From a virus: 64,000 bases of DNA. The first letter of the stretch is position 1, and each line of letters begins with the position of its first letter. Shown piece by piece: positions 8,520-18,521 of this stretch. A program made the position numbers and the translations under genes. The notes beneath the pieces are model-generated. The model saw nothing but the letters and a program-made list of their open reading frames with translations. It ran no database searches and was not told the origin of the DNA. Location: the IMG/VR virus record IMGVR_UViG_3300014202_000478, positions 27,464 to 91,463 of that record; one strand, written 5' to 3'.

Positions 8520-11500
8520 ATGTTAAACTTTCGTAGTTTTTTGGAATATAGTGACCCGTTCTTCTTAGAGACGATCCTCCATCATCCCCAGCAGTGGAGC
8601 TACCTAAACCCTGAAACGGGCAAGAAATGGCGTCATGAAGACAAATATAAGCAATTAGCTAGAATTGTCAAAGATCAATCTAGGATGGGCGTCCACCCCA
8701 ATAGACTTTGGGTTACATTCAGCGATGTGCCTAGAATCAACATTACAACGAAAGTTAAAAAAGATAAAAATACTCCACACGGTATATTCGCCTATCCAGT
8801 CAGCTATGTTTTGAAGAAAGAAGGTGCTGATTACGCTTCTGACCGTGCCTATATGATTGTTTTCAAAGTAAAAGGCAACGTGATCGAAGTAGGTCGAGAC
8901 GATACCAAACCAAAGGACAAGAATCTAAACGCTCTTGTTAATAAAGATGATTTTCCAAGTGAACTTGATTACAGAAGAATCTCTTCTAAGTTCTATGATC
9001 TATCATATGACACATATGATGCAACAAAAAAGAAACTTTATAGAGACTTTTCAGAGATTTTATCAGATGTAAGTAGCCATATTGCTGAAGCTGAAAGCGA
9101 CGGCAGGGATTTGAAAAAACTTACCACCATTGAAGGACTCGCTAAAAGCTATACCGAAAGTGGATTCGCCACTTATTTGAAAGATTATTACGGCGGTACG
9201 ATAGAAGGCGACAATGTAATAATCAACAAACCATATCAGTATAACGATAAAGTAACGGTTGGCACCCATCCAATCCAGTATATGTTGGATAATGATGGTG
9301 ATGCTGCGTATTACATCAATGACATGAAGGCCAAACAAATCAAAGTAGCCAAAGCATTAGAAGATGAAGAGTTTAAAACGGCTTTGAGTAAAATGGCCTC
9401 ACAGGTGCAGGGTAGAATAGACCATAAAAACAAGAAAGCAACCGACACAACCAGACCAATTATTAACAAGGTAGCGGAATTAGCCAAAGAATATGGCATT
9501 GATGATATTAAACCACATATAAAGCGAATTAGCGCCAACAATACCTTCCATCGTGGCACGCAGTTTGTATACTTGCTACTCAAAGACATTGCTGGTGAAG
9601 TAGCCAACAAAACAGGCAGAAATAGAGCTATTATTTGGGCTGGCATGTTGAAGAAAATAGGTTATACCCACGTTGTAGACACCAAACATAGTTCCGTTAT
9701 CCATGCTGGCGAACCAACTCAAGGTGTCTTTATGGACACCACACAAATCGAACCAGTCAGCGTTATCTTCAACAAGAAAAATGCTGATCCTAGAATGGTC
9801 CCACCAGGATTTCCTTGGACTGATGCAGATGCTGACCAACATTGGCAGAGCAGCGTAGGTCAACATTCTCGCACTGGATTAAAAACCCTAAAAGCTGGTG
9901 ATGCGATTAGTAGCGGCGTTGACAAAAAGAACATTGTTTCCGTTCTTTCAAAGCGAATAGAACAGGTTAAAAACAGTGCTGGCTCTGATTTTTATGGCGA
10001 TGAATTTCAGAAGAAAATATCCATATTAGTCAAGCTTACCAAGCAACTGAAAAGTTCTGTTGATCCAAATAACTTTGTGCAAAAGGATGAAGCTGAACGC
10101 ACTCTCAAAAGACTTAAATCACATGTTGAAGTCTTAAAAGATAAGTTGCTGTCAAATACTAAAGACAAGCAAATATCGCCAGCTATCCAAAAATATAATG
10201 ATGACTTAAATTCTCGGTTTGACATGCTGGATAAGGTCATCAGTGAGCCTGGATTCAAAACTGGCACTGTCAAAAAGTTAGATGGATTCAACATAGAAGA
10301 TTTTGTTACAGATTTGCTAAAGAATAAAGGTCCATTAACCGCAGATGCGGTTAAGAAAGAGTTTATCAATTATGGCATTGGCAACCCATATGGCATGTGG
10401 GGGAATGTTGAAAGTCTTGTGTCAGATGGAAAGATTTCAAAAAAGTATTCCGACCTTTATGGCGGATATGTTTACTATTTATCAGGCCAAAAAATACCTT
10501 CTGTCGAAGATTATGCTCCATATGTTATAAAAGCATTACAGAATACTTATAAAACCACAGAGGAGCTTGAAGAGATTCTTCAGGATAAGGTTCCCGCAGA
10601 CATGTTGGAACCAATCCTGAGTAACATGGAATACGGCGTGTTTAGCGGTGATAACCAAATATCAAAAAGCAAGAAAGCAAGTGGTGAATGGGCTTGGCAC
10701 ATTGCTGGCCACGACGTTGAAGGTAAGGAAACCGAAATCTACAAGGTAGCAATCCTTAATAAGCTTGAGGAAATGCAGAAGAAAGAAGCCACGTCTGCGA
10801 TTCCAGCTAGAAATATCATATTCTATTTTAAACATAATGAAAACGCTGATATCAAAAAAATACTTACCAAGTTAATTCAAGACAAAACAATCCACGTCGA
10901 AGAAGGAACATTTGGAAAAGACGAAATAGGAACATTGCATATAACAACCAACCCTGTTGCTGAATCCAGACCGCTGTATTATACAGACGTAAGGGATTTT
11001 ATATACAATTTATTTAAAAACGATGATGACAATGCCCTTGGAGACGATCCAATTAAAACTCAGGAAGGCATGAAGACCGCCCAAATAGCTAATAAAATAG
11101 CTTATGATTACAGTGTTGATTCAATTAGGGTGCAGTCAATACTTCAATACATGATTAAACATGGTGAACTTCATATTATTGAAGACCATCCAGAAAACTT
11201 TTGGGCAAAGAAAGTTAGTATTCATAAGCCAAAACCAGTTGCCGCGACAGCAACACCAGCCGTTACCCCTACAGTACCAGCCGCGACAACAACACCGACT
11301 CCAGCAGCGGCACCACACCCTGGAACTACACCAGCGGCATCAGCCCATAAAGTCGCAGATGCTTATGGACATGACATTAAGGTGGGTGACACAGTTAAAA
11401 AGGTGGGGGAACCAACCAAAGTTGGCACTGTTACAACTTTATCAGCAGGCAATTCGGTTGCTATTAATTGGGAAGATGGTGCGTATAGTGGAAATTATTA

Positions 11501-12095
11501 CTATGGCACTTCCCTTATTGTGGTGAAGTCAGCACCAGCTGCACCTTGGCATGGTCTTGGTGCAGCACCAGCCGCACCAAAGGCTGCTTGGGCGGCTCCA
11601 ACTCCAGAAGAAGTCAAGCAGACGACTTCTACAAAGGCTTTGGGTATTTTCAGTGGATTGCCAAAGGTTGCAAAACCTCTTCAATACGCAAGAGTTATTC
11701 GTGGTTTACACACAATGCTTTCTTTCGATAATATTCTAAATGAATTGGAAGGTGTATTTGGAATCAAATTCAACCCTAGTGATCGTGAAGCAATTAAAAA
11801 TGCTTATAACGAAGAAACCAATACAATTAATTACTATAAAGCTAGGGGACACTTGAAATTTCCGAAGGGTTTGTCAGCGGAACAAGCGTATTCTTCACAA
11901 TTGGAGAAGTTCCCAAACCCACCGTATGTTACTATGGACGCTGACACTAATAAGGCGATTGATGATTTATTAGTTAAACATGAAGATGTGGCTGCCGTGA
12001 ATTTAGTAAAGAAGGCTACACAGTTTGATACTGGTGCGGCTACTGGTGTTGTTATTTTGAAAAAGCTTGAATTGCATATAGAAGGCAAACTTTAA
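8520..12095 (+). CDS. large multidomain protein, putative capsid-internal protein
   Basis: About 1190 aa from MLNFRSFLE; TPHGIFAYP and GYTHVVD...IHAGEPTQGVF motifs; Ala/Pro/Thr linker; SH3/KOW-like DIKVGDTVKKVG segment. Confidence 0.8.
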   Translation: MLNFRSFLEYSDPFFLETILHHPQQWSYLNPETGKKWRHEDKYKQLARIVKDQSRMGVHPNRLWVTFSDVPRINITTKVKKDKNTPHGIFAYPVSYVLKKEGADYASDRAYMIVFKVKGNVIEVGRDDTKPKDKNLNALVNKDDFPSELDYRRISSKFYDLSYDTYDATKKKLYRDFSEILSDVSSHIAEAESDGRDLKKLTTIEGLAKSYTESGFATYLKDYYGGTIEGDNVIINKPYQYNDKVTVGTHPIQYMLDNDGDAAYYINDMKAKQIKVAKALEDEEFKTALSKMASQVQGRIDHKNKKATDTTRPIINKVAELAKEYGIDDIKPHIKRISANNTFHRGTQFVYLLLKDIAGEVANKTGRNRAIIWAGMLKKIGYTHVVDTKHSSVIHAGEPTQGVFMDTTQIEPVSVIFNKKNADPRMVPPGFPWTDADADQHWQSSVGQHSRTGLKTLKAGDAISSGVDKKNIVSVLSKRIEQVKNSAGSDFYGDEFQKKISILVKLTKQLKSSVDPNNFVQKDEAERTLKRLKSHVEVLKDKLLSNTKDKQISPAIQKYNDDLNSRFDMLDKVISEPGFKTGTVKKLDGFNIEDFVTDLLKNKGPLTADAVKKEFINYGIGNPYGMWGNVESLVSDGKISKKYSDLYGGYVYYLSGQKIPSVEDYAPYVIKALQNTYKTTEELEEILQDKVPADMLEPILSNMEYGVFSGDNQISKSKKASGEWAWHIAGHDVEGKETEIYKVAILNKLEEMQKKEATSAIPARNIIFYFKHNENADIKKILTKLIQDKTIHVEEGTFGKDEIGTLHITTNPVAESRPLYYTDVRDFIYNLFKNDDDNALGDDPIKTQEGMKTAQIANKIAYDYSVDSIRVQSILQYMIKHGELHIIEDHPENFWAKKVSIHKPKPVAATATPAVTPTVPAATTTPTPAAAPHPGTTPAASAHKVADAYGHDIKVGDTVKKVGEPTKVGTVTTLSAGNSVAINWEDGAYSGNYYYGTSLIVVKSAPAAPWHGLGAAPAAPKAAWAAPTPEEVKQTTSTKALGIFSGLPKVAKPLQYARVIRGLHTMLSFDNILNELEGVFGIKFNPSDREAIKNAYNEETNTINYYKARGHLKFPKGLSAEQAYSSQLEKFPNPPYVTMDADTNKAIDDLLVKHEDVAAVNLVKKATQFDTGAATGVVILKKLELHIEGKL

Positions 12096-12775
12096 CTAAA
12101 CTCTCCAGTGCCCATTGCATAAATGGCAATTAAAACTTGTTCGTAATCACCCTGCTCAATAGCATAACGGGGTGTTTTACGAAACGATGGGCTTGGTGTG
12201 TCTAGCCACATGTCTACATTCTTTTCGTTGATTACCGTTGCACAGGCTTTCTTGATGTGTTCCATGTCGTCACGACCCCAAGTAAATCCCCAAGGTTCTG
12301 TGCAATCTTTCTCCATGTTGTATGCGCCAGTTTCGTTTAGCTTCTTCCACAAATCTTTGTAGTCACTGCCTTCGATATCTTTGCAATCCTGACAATAAAC
12401 GTAATACTTTGTTTCTTCGAATAATTCGATATCTGGATGGTGGTTGTATTCCAAATTTTCAACCTTGAAGTCTTTGTGGCAAAACTCACACTTGTCCATG
12501 TAGCCAGTGTTTGCTTGTTTCACTGGCTCCTGCTTCATGTATGTGCCCCAACTCACTAGATCGGATTTGTGGTATACATGAGTGCGATGATGCTCTGTGA
12601 AAATGAAAATGTGATCTTTCCACTCTCTAACGAAAGCGGATTTGAAGTTAAGTATCGTGCCTTCTTCATGGACTACTTCCACCATGCTATAAGGATGGAA
12701 GTCGTAGGCGGTTAGAGTCTTATCAACTTCCCTGGCAACTTGTTCCGCTTCACGGTAATTAGTGAAATTATCCAT
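12092..12775 (-). CDS. hypothetical protein with CxxC motifs
   Basis: 227 aa; CEFC and CQDC; GGAG RBS. Confidence 0.7.
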   Translation of the reverse strand: MDNFTNYREAEQVAREVDKTLTAYDFHPYSMVEVVHEEGTILNFKSAFVREWKDHIFIFTEHHRTHVYHKSDLVSWGTYMKQEPVKQANTGYMDKCEFCHKDFKVENLEYNHHPDIELFEETKYYVYCQDCKDIEGSDYKDLWKKLNETGAYNMEKDCTEPWGFTWGRDDMEHIKKACATVINEKNVDMWLDTPSPSFRKTPRYAIEQGDYEQVLIAIYAMGTGEFS

Positions 12776-13061
12776 TATACTTCTCCAGATACTCAGTGAG
12801 TTCCTTTAGCCTGTTCTTCTGAAATTCTAATTGATCTTCATGTGCTTTCTTTTGGCCTTGCATATATTCGAGCAAACTACTAACTGCCTCTTCCTTGGTT
12901 GCACTGCCTTTGGAAGAATAATGCCAACCACCAACACTTGTAGTCGCTAGCCACGGTTTGTCCAGTGGCCAAGACTCTACTTCACAGTCATTCCAATATG
13001 TCTTTCGACGGACATATATGCCATTAGGAAGGGTTTCATCATCTGTGAATGCTTCAAGCAT
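12768..13061 (-). CDS. hypothetical protein
   Basis: 97 aa ORF coupled to aceA. Confidence 0.6.
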   Translation of the reverse strand: MLEAFTDDETLPNGIYVRRKTYWNDCEVESWPLDKPWLATTSVGGWHYSSKGSATKEEAVSSLLEYMQGQKKAHEDQLEFQKNRLKELTEYLEKYNG

Positions 13062-14287
13062 CAGAATTGCTCCGCTTCGGTTGACTCTTTAAGAGCCGTT
13101 AGTTTGGACCCTATGGTTTCCGCAACCATATCAAAATACCCTACGCCAACTTCCCTTTGGTGCTTAACCGCTGTATATCCTTGATCTTGTAAATCAAACT
13201 CCTTCTCCTGCACATCCACATAAGCTTCCATATCTCTACGGTTGTATTCATAAGCCAAATCAAACATACCTTGATTTAGAACATGGAACCCAGCCAATGT
13301 TATAAACTGGAACTTATAGCCCATCGCCCCTAGCTCTTTCTGGAAATCGAATATTTGTTTTTCATTTAGCTTTTTCTTCCAATGGAAACTTGGAGAACAA
13401 TTATAGGCTAATAGCTTGCCAGGATACTTGGCGTGAATGCCTTCTGCGAACTTTTTGGCTTCTTCCAGGTCAGGATGGCTGGTTTCACACCACAGCAGAT
13501 CGGCATAAGGAGCGTAGGCTAACCCCCTGGCAATAGCCATGTCAATGCCGCCAGTGATATTACAAAATCCTTCTTCGGTTCTCGCACCCTTGACGAAAGG
13601 TTTATCAATATCATCTATATCTGAAGTTAGAAGTTTAGCTGAGTCAGCATCTGTGCGTGCGATAATGACTGTTGGCACATTGAGAACATCAGCGGCAAGA
13701 CGTGCAGCTACTAGGGTTTTAATGAAATGAGAGGCAGGTATTAGTACCTTGCCTCCCAAATGTCCACACTTTTTGGCCGATGATAATTGATCTTCAAAGT
13801 GTATGCCTGCTGTTCCTGCTTCTATCATCGCCTTTGTTAGTTCAAAGGCGTTTAGCGGTCCACCAAAGCCAGCTTCAGCGTCTGCCACGATTGGCACCCA
13901 ATAGTCAGTGGTAATTTTGCCTTCCATCCACTGAATTTGGTCAGCACGTCTTAAACAGTTATTGATTCTACGCACTAGATTGGGAACACTATTGACAGCG
14001 TATAGAGATTGGTCTGGATACATTTGCATTGAGTCATTATTGTCGGCGGCGACTTGCCAACCAGAACAATAGATTGCTGGTAATTTAGCTTTGGCCATTT
14101 GCATAGCCTGATTGCCTGTTACCGCTCCCAAAGCATGAACATAAGGCTTGTCATGCAACCTTTCCCAAAGTTTCTCTGAAGTTAATCTCGCTAAGCTGTG
14201 TTCTTCGACAAAAGAACCTTGAAGTTTTCTAACCTGATCTATATTGTAAGGACGCTCAACACCATGCCAACGGGTTTGTGTTTCCAT
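13061..14287 (-). CDS. aceA: isocitrate lyase
   Basis: [38 protein letters not shown] catalytic loop, [17 protein letters not shown]. Confidence 0.97.
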   Translation of the reverse strand: METQTRWHGVERPYNIDQVRKLQGSFVEEHSLARLTSEKLWERLHDKPYVHALGAVTGNQAMQMAKAKLPAIYCSGWQVAADNNDSMQMYPDQSLYAVNSVPNLVRRINNCLRRADQIQWMEGKITTDYWVPIVADAEAGFGGPLNAFELTKAMIEAGTAGIHFEDQLSSAKKCGHLGGKVLIPASHFIKTLVAARLAADVLNVPTVIIARTDADSAKLLTSDIDDIDKPFVKGARTEEGFCNITGGIDMAIARGLAYAPYADLLWCETSHPDLEEAKKFAEGIHAKYPGKLLAYNCSPSFHWKKKLNEKQIFDFQKELGAMGYKFQFITLAGFHVLNQGMFDLAYEYNRRDMEAYVDVQEKEFDLQDQGYTAVKHQREVGVGYFDMVAETIGSKLTALKESTEAEQF

Positions 14288-14343
14288 AAACTATCTACCC
14301 CTGAAAAGTTATATTAAAATATAAAAGTATTGATAAATATTAT

Positions 14344-14775
14344 ATGATAAACTTTATCAGATGGATTAAAATAAGAGAAGCATGGAATCAAAGCACCGTA
14401 TGGACACCAGAACGTGTTGCTCAACAAAATGGTGGTCGTAGTCTTAACCAACCAGAAGATACCAATAAGGTAATTGGCAGATTTAATCCAGTTTTTCCAG
14501 AATCCCGTGGAAAAGCTGAAATTTTGGCAGACCTTGTTTCTAAAGCTACAGGCATACCAACACCAGATTTACTTTCTAGCAGAAAACAAGGGACGGCTGA
14601 CGCAAGATGGATACTTTATGCTTTATTATTAGACGCTGGTAAAATATCTGGCGCAAAAGTTTTACAAATGATGGGTCAAAGAAATTTAATCCCAAGAAAA
14701 TTACTAGCTGCTCGTAATAGCCCATTATATCAAAACCTACTAGCACAATCTCATGCCGCTTTAGTCGCACGCTAG
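14344..14775 (+). CDS. protein with degenerate DnaA domain IV-like HTH and capsid-targeting-like N-terminus
   Basis: VSKATGIPTPDLLSSRKQGTADARWILYALL resembles the DnaA C-terminal pattern; starts MINFIRWIKIRE. Confidence 0.5.
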   Translation: MINFIRWIKIREAWNQSTVWTPERVAQQNGGRSLNQPEDTNKVIGRFNPVFPESRGKAEILADLVSKATGIPTPDLLSSRKQGTADARWILYALLLDAGKISGAKVLQMMGQRNLIPRKLLAARNSPLYQNLLAQSHAALVAR

Positions 14776-15347
14776 ATTATATTTCTAAATGTCAAATTAA
14801 TCCTTGGACCTACAACTGTAGTAGTCTTTGGAACACAATGCTGCCAGTGATGTTGCATTGTGCCATCCATGATTAATAGACTACCGTGTTTGAGTAGATA
14901 TTCCTTCTTTTCACGGGATTTGATATGTCGAATCTGGAACAGTCTCTCAGCCCCTAATGAGATTGATGGCACTGTTGGATTCTGTCCTAGCTCGCGTTCA
15001 TTATCGGAATGCCAGCCAATAGAATCCTTGCCATATCTGTAATAATTGAGGAGAAGACTGTTAAACGGTTTGCCTGTTTCTTTTTCGACTCGCTTTTTAA
15101 CTTCCTCTAAATACCAAGGCCAAGGAAGTGAGTCGTGAGATACGCCCGAATAAGCGTAATTAACGCCTGGATCGGAGTAGTAAGCGGTCATGCGTGGAAA
15201 GAAGTTACCATAAAAGGTCTTCTCTTGTTTCCAAGTGGTTTTTAATTTTAATACCTGAAATAGCTTATCAGCAATTGGCTGTGTGAAAAAGTCAGGTATG
15301 TAAAGTAAAATTCCGCCGTCAGTTAGTTCTTCTTGCGTAGTTTCCAT
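14772..15347 (-). CDS. alkB: AlkB-family 2OG-Fe(II) dioxygenase (ALKBH2/3-like)
   Basis: NSLLLNYYR, IGWHSDNE (HxD), SISLG, HGSLLIM, WQHCVPK, RINLTFR. Confidence 0.93.
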   Translation of the reverse strand: METTQEELTDGGILLYIPDFFTQPIADKLFQVLKLKTTWKQEKTFYGNFFPRMTAYYSDPGVNYAYSGVSHDSLPWPWYLEEVKKRVEKETGKPFNSLLLNYYRYGKDSIGWHSDNERELGQNPTVPSISLGAERLFQIRHIKSREKKEYLLKHGSLLIMDGTMQHHWQHCVPKTTTVVGPRINLTFRNII

Positions 15348-15403
15348 AGTAGTTTTATAGCTTCGGTAAGTCCGATAGCCTTGAAAAAGTCAGTCCAACT
15401 CAT
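15323..15403 (-). CDS. possible 26-aa amphipathic peptide
   Basis: ATG 5 nt after tRNA 3' end; MSWTDFFKAIGLTEAIKLLWKLRKKN; overlaps alkB start. Confidence 0.3.
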   Translation of the reverse strand: MSWTDFFKAIGLTEAIKLLWKLRKKN

Positions 15404-15408
15404 AGTAG

Positions 15409-15492
15409 TAGCCAAGGTGGGAGTCGAACCCACACACCCTTAACGGGTACTGGATTTTGAGTCCAGCGCGTCTGCCATTCCGCCACTTGGCC
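15409..15492 (-). tRNA. tRNA-Leu(CAA), class II
   Basis: GGCCAAG/CTTGGCT acceptor; CTGGA-CT CAA AA-TCCAG; long variable arm. Confidence 0.95.
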
Positions 15493-15496
15493 ACGA

Positions 15497-16099
15497 TCAT
15501 TCCACATATAATGAAATGTTCTTTCTGCAATTGTCACGCTTATAACAGCCTTCCAATGCAGCCTTTACTTCATCATAGTTTGTTCCATCCCATTTGATGC
15601 ACCTTGGATGGGAATAATTCTTATTCGTATCATTAACAGGCATAATCCCTACGCCGCGTGGCCGTGCTTTTAACCAATTATCCATGTAGTCAGGAAAATC
15701 ATCATAAAGGAATTTTCCATAAACCATTGCCTTGTTTGAAGTTATGTGAACATCTATCAACTCGCCTAAATGAGTCTGACACCATTCTACCTTTTCTTTC
15801 CAGGCACGGGGATAGCGTTTTGGACCTTTTGTTAGAATGTGATTTTTAAACCCGATGGTTTCAGCGAGAGTAAAAATCTTCATTCCTGCGGTCAGAACGG
15901 GTAGATTGCGCCACCAACAAGGCTGTTTCTTGATTAAGCGAATCAGCGATTTGAAAGGCTCCTGTTCATCAGCCTGCCACATGCCAAGTTCGTCAAACCT
16001 TTTTAGGTCACTTTCGCTGACAAGTTTGCGAATGTCGGTTCGCAATTGTCCTTCATAGTCAGCGAGGCTACCATCCATATCAAACAGGCCGATGTTCAT
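15497..16099 (-). CDS. HAD-family 5'(3')-deoxyribonucleotidase
   Basis: LFDMDGSLAD motif I, ILT, KVEWC, LYDD motif IV. Confidence 0.85.
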   Translation of the reverse strand: MNIGLFDMDGSLADYEGQLRTDIRKLVSESDLKRFDELGMWQADEQEPFKSLIRLIKKQPCWWRNLPVLTAGMKIFTLAETIGFKNHILTKGPKRYPRAWKEKVEWCQTHLGELIDVHITSNKAMVYGKFLYDDFPDYMDNWLKARPRGVGIMPVNDTNKNYSHPRCIKWDGTNYDEVKAALEGCYKRDNCRKNISLYVE

Positions 16100-16169
16100 T
16101 GTATGCTCCTAAGCCATTCTCCAAATGCTGAGGCTGGTTGTGGTTGACCCTGAATTGTATCAATTTCTG

Positions 16170-16349
16170 TCATTTGCCACCACTATATTTTTTCATATTT
16201 TCTGTCTTGCAGTTTCCGTAATCCATGTCCTTTTCAAAGTGGGTTTCATCAGGATTTTGCATTAAATCCTGTTTCAGCCTTTTGCGAGCTTTCTTATTAC
16301 CTTCTTTTTTAAGCTTGCTTTTTAGCTGTCTGTATTCGCGTTTATCCAT
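16170..16349 (-). CDS. small basic hypothetical protein (59 aa)
   Basis: GGAG RBS; MDKREYRQLKSKLKKEGNKKARKRLKQDL...; below the track length cutoff. Confidence 0.65.
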   Translation of the reverse strand: MDKREYRQLKSKLKKEGNKKARKRLKQDLMQNPDETHFEKDMDYGNCKTENMKKYSGGK

Positions 16350-16362
16350 GTTTACTCCGTTG

Positions 16363-16370
16363 TATTTATA
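16363..16370 (-). promoter_or_regulatory. T4-type late promoter TATAAATA
   Basis: Exact TATAAATA upstream of the RBS of ORF 16170..16349. Confidence 0.55.
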
Positions 16371-17394
16371 TCATTTCAGCTATCATTGTTTCTAATGTAT
16401 GTTCGCACTTCCAAGCAGGAAAATGACTCATGAACTTTCTGGTATCGCTGATCCACCAGCGATGATCCCCAATCCTACTCTCATTCACAAGCTCATAGTT
16501 TAGCTTAGAGTTTGTGATTCTTTCAGCTAAGGATATTGCTTCAACCACGGAGCAACTGTTCTTCCTGCCTCCCCCTATGTTATACGCTTCACCTGGACGT
16601 GGGTTTTGGTAAAACTCGAAAAAAGCTGCAACCAAGTCATCTGCGTGGATGTTATCCCGAACTTGTTTCCCTTCGTAACCATATATTATGTAAGGGGTTT
16701 GGTTTATTATACATTTCGTCAAGTAGGAAAGAAAGCCATGAAGCGGAACGCTTTGGTGTTCTTTTCCAGTAATACAACCACAGCGAAACACGCCAGTTTT
16801 TAACCCGTTAAATTTTGCGTATTCTTGGGTTAAAAGATCGGCTGCGGCCTTTGACACTCCAAAGAAAGTGTGGAGTGAATTGTCAATCGACATGGACTCA
16901 TCAATTCCGTTATAGAATGGATGGTCAACTGGCAAGTCGCATCTTGTTTCCAGGTCTATTAGCGGTAGATGATTTGGAGTATTCCCATATACTTTGTTTG
17001 TTGACGTGAAAATGAATACAGCTTCGGGAGAGTATCTTTTAGTCAAGTCAAGGACGTTAAGAGTCCCATTTGCATTGATGTTAAAGTCAGTTATTACATT
17101 TCTGGACCAATCGTGTGAAGGCTGTGCCGCCGTATGAATCACTAAGTCTATTTTGTGGGTTCTAAAGACGTTCTCAACGCTGTTATAATCCCTTATGTCC
17201 AAATCATAATTGTAGAAATTCTCAACACTGTTCTGTATAAGAACTAGGTTATTCTTTATAGATGCATTTTTACCAAAGAAAGTTTCGCGGCTATTGTTTT
17301 CAATGCCTATTATTTGATCGAATTTGGTTCCCAAGAGCCTTACGCTTGCACTACCAACCAAGCCGCCCGCCCCTGTGATGAGAGCTATGGACAT
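16366..17394 (-). CDS. NAD-dependent epimerase/dehydratase (CDP-tyvelose/paratose epimerase-like)
   Basis: ITGAGGLVG Rossmann motif, HTAAQPSHD, STNKVYG, FRCGCITG, KQVRDNIH; the YxxxK position reads FGVSK. Confidence 0.9.
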   Translation of the reverse strand: MSIALITGAGGLVGSASVRLLGTKFDQIIGIENNSRETFFGKNASIKNNLVLIQNSVENFYNYDLDIRDYNSVENVFRTHKIDLVIHTAAQPSHDWSRNVITDFNINANGTLNVLDLTKRYSPEAVFIFTSTNKVYGNTPNHLPLIDLETRCDLPVDHPFYNGIDESMSIDNSLHTFFGVSKAAADLLTQEYAKFNGLKTGVFRCGCITGKEHQSVPLHGFLSYLTKCIINQTPYIIYGYEGKQVRDNIHADDLVAAFFEFYQNPRPGEAYNIGGGRKNSCSVVEAISLAERITNSKLNYELVNESRIGDHRWWISDTRKFMSHFPAWKCEHTLETMIAEMI

Positions 17395-17397
17395 GCA

Positions 17398-18084
17398 TTA
17401 TTTATGGTTATGAATAGCGAAATAATGGTAGAACCCATATTCTCTTGGCATTATTTTAGGTTTAACCCCTGTTTTCCATAAAGCATAAACTAAACAAGCT
17501 TGGCTACAAGGCCAAGCTGCTTTTGTTTCGTTTATATCAGTCCACCATGTTTCCGCTAGTTCATTTGAGAATTTATGCATGTTGTAAACAATGAATCCGT
17601 CCCAATAAAGACCCAGCTTAGTCGGCATCCCTTCTTTTTGATACTTTTCAATTCTGCTTGTCAGGGCTTCACGACCAGTTTCTACATATTTACCTATGCT
17701 AAGAACGTGGGTGAGTTCTTCGATAGGGCAATGTCTGTCACCGTGAACACTTAAAGCAAGATTGTAGTCAAAAATGTTCGACTCAACAATTTCTTTAACG
17801 AAATTCTTATTAATGATTTGATCTTGAGCGTCAAGGTGTATGACTAAATCATAACCTTCTAGTTTCTTACACTTGTTAGGAAATACTCTGTAGGCTTTAG
17901 CCTGCATACACCAAGGCCATCTAACCAAGTGAGGTGGTCGAGGATCGGTTAAAGGCATTAGGTTTTCTTCGTCATGAGTGTAATAAACGAAATCGCAAGG
18001 ATATGTTTGTGGCTCATGAGTGTCTTGGATTTCTGGTCTATCCCAGCCACCAAGGTTAGCAGAATAAATACATACAGATGTCAT
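17398..18084 (-). CDS. putative glycosyltransferase (DUF616-like)
   Basis: Starts MTSVCIYSANLGGWD; IHLD, HGDRHC, SQACLVYALW; track start lies inside tRNA-Tyr. Confidence 0.65.
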   Translation of the reverse strand: MTSVCIYSANLGGWDRPEIQDTHEPQTYPCDFVYYTHDEENLMPLTDPRPPHLVRWPWCMQAKAYRVFPNKCKKLEGYDLVIHLDAQDQIINKNFVKEIVESNIFDYNLALSVHGDRHCPIEELTHVLSIGKYVETGREALTSRIEKYQKEGMPTKLGLYWDGFIVYNMHKFSNELAETWWTDINETKAAWPCSQACLVYALWKTGVKPKIMPREYGFYHYFAIHNHK

Positions 18085-18096
18085 ACTGTATATAGG

Positions 18097-18180
18097 TGCG
18101 TAGGGCAGGATTCGAACCTGCGAAGAACTAAGTTCGCCAGATTTACAGTCTGGTGCAATTGGCCACTCTGCCACCTACGC
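18097..18180 (-). tRNA. tRNA-Tyr(GUA), class II
   Basis: GCGTAGG/CCTACGC acceptor; CCAGA-CT GTA AA-TCTGG; long variable arm. Confidence 0.95.
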
Positions 18181-18363
18181 ATAGAGCATTTGTTCTTGTA
18201 TTTTAATCCATGCTAAAGTTTCGATTTCAAGTTCTTTGATAAGAAAATAACTTCTTGGAAACACCTCTTCGATTTCTTCGATACTATCCGCTTGGACATA
18301 ACGGACAGGGCCGTAAAGATCATCGTCGTCTTCGCTTTCATATCTATAAATTGCATATATCAT
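18175..18363 (-). CDS. small acidic hypothetical protein
   Basis: MIYAIYRYESEDDDD...; the track's longer start overlaps a tRNA. Confidence 0.55.
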   Translation of the reverse strand: MIYAIYRYESEDDDDLYGPVRYVQADSIEEIEEVFPRSYFLIKELEIETLAWIKIQEQMLYA

Positions 18364-18446
18364 TGTATTATAATCCTCGATTCTGTGTTCGTCAGGGCTT
18401 TCACCCTGGCATGGCCCTGGCCTTTCGGCTGTTCCATGACTAACAG

Positions 18447-18521
18447 TGACCACCGTGGGATTCGAACCCACACATTCCACGTTCTGAGCGTGGCGACTCC
18501 TGCCAATTGGTCTAGGTGGCC
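18447..18521 (-). tRNA. tRNA with Leu anticodon CAG and short variable loop
   Basis: GGCCACC/GGTGGTC-A; CCACG-CT CAG AA-CGTGG; variable loop AATGT; 75 nt. Confidence 0.9.
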
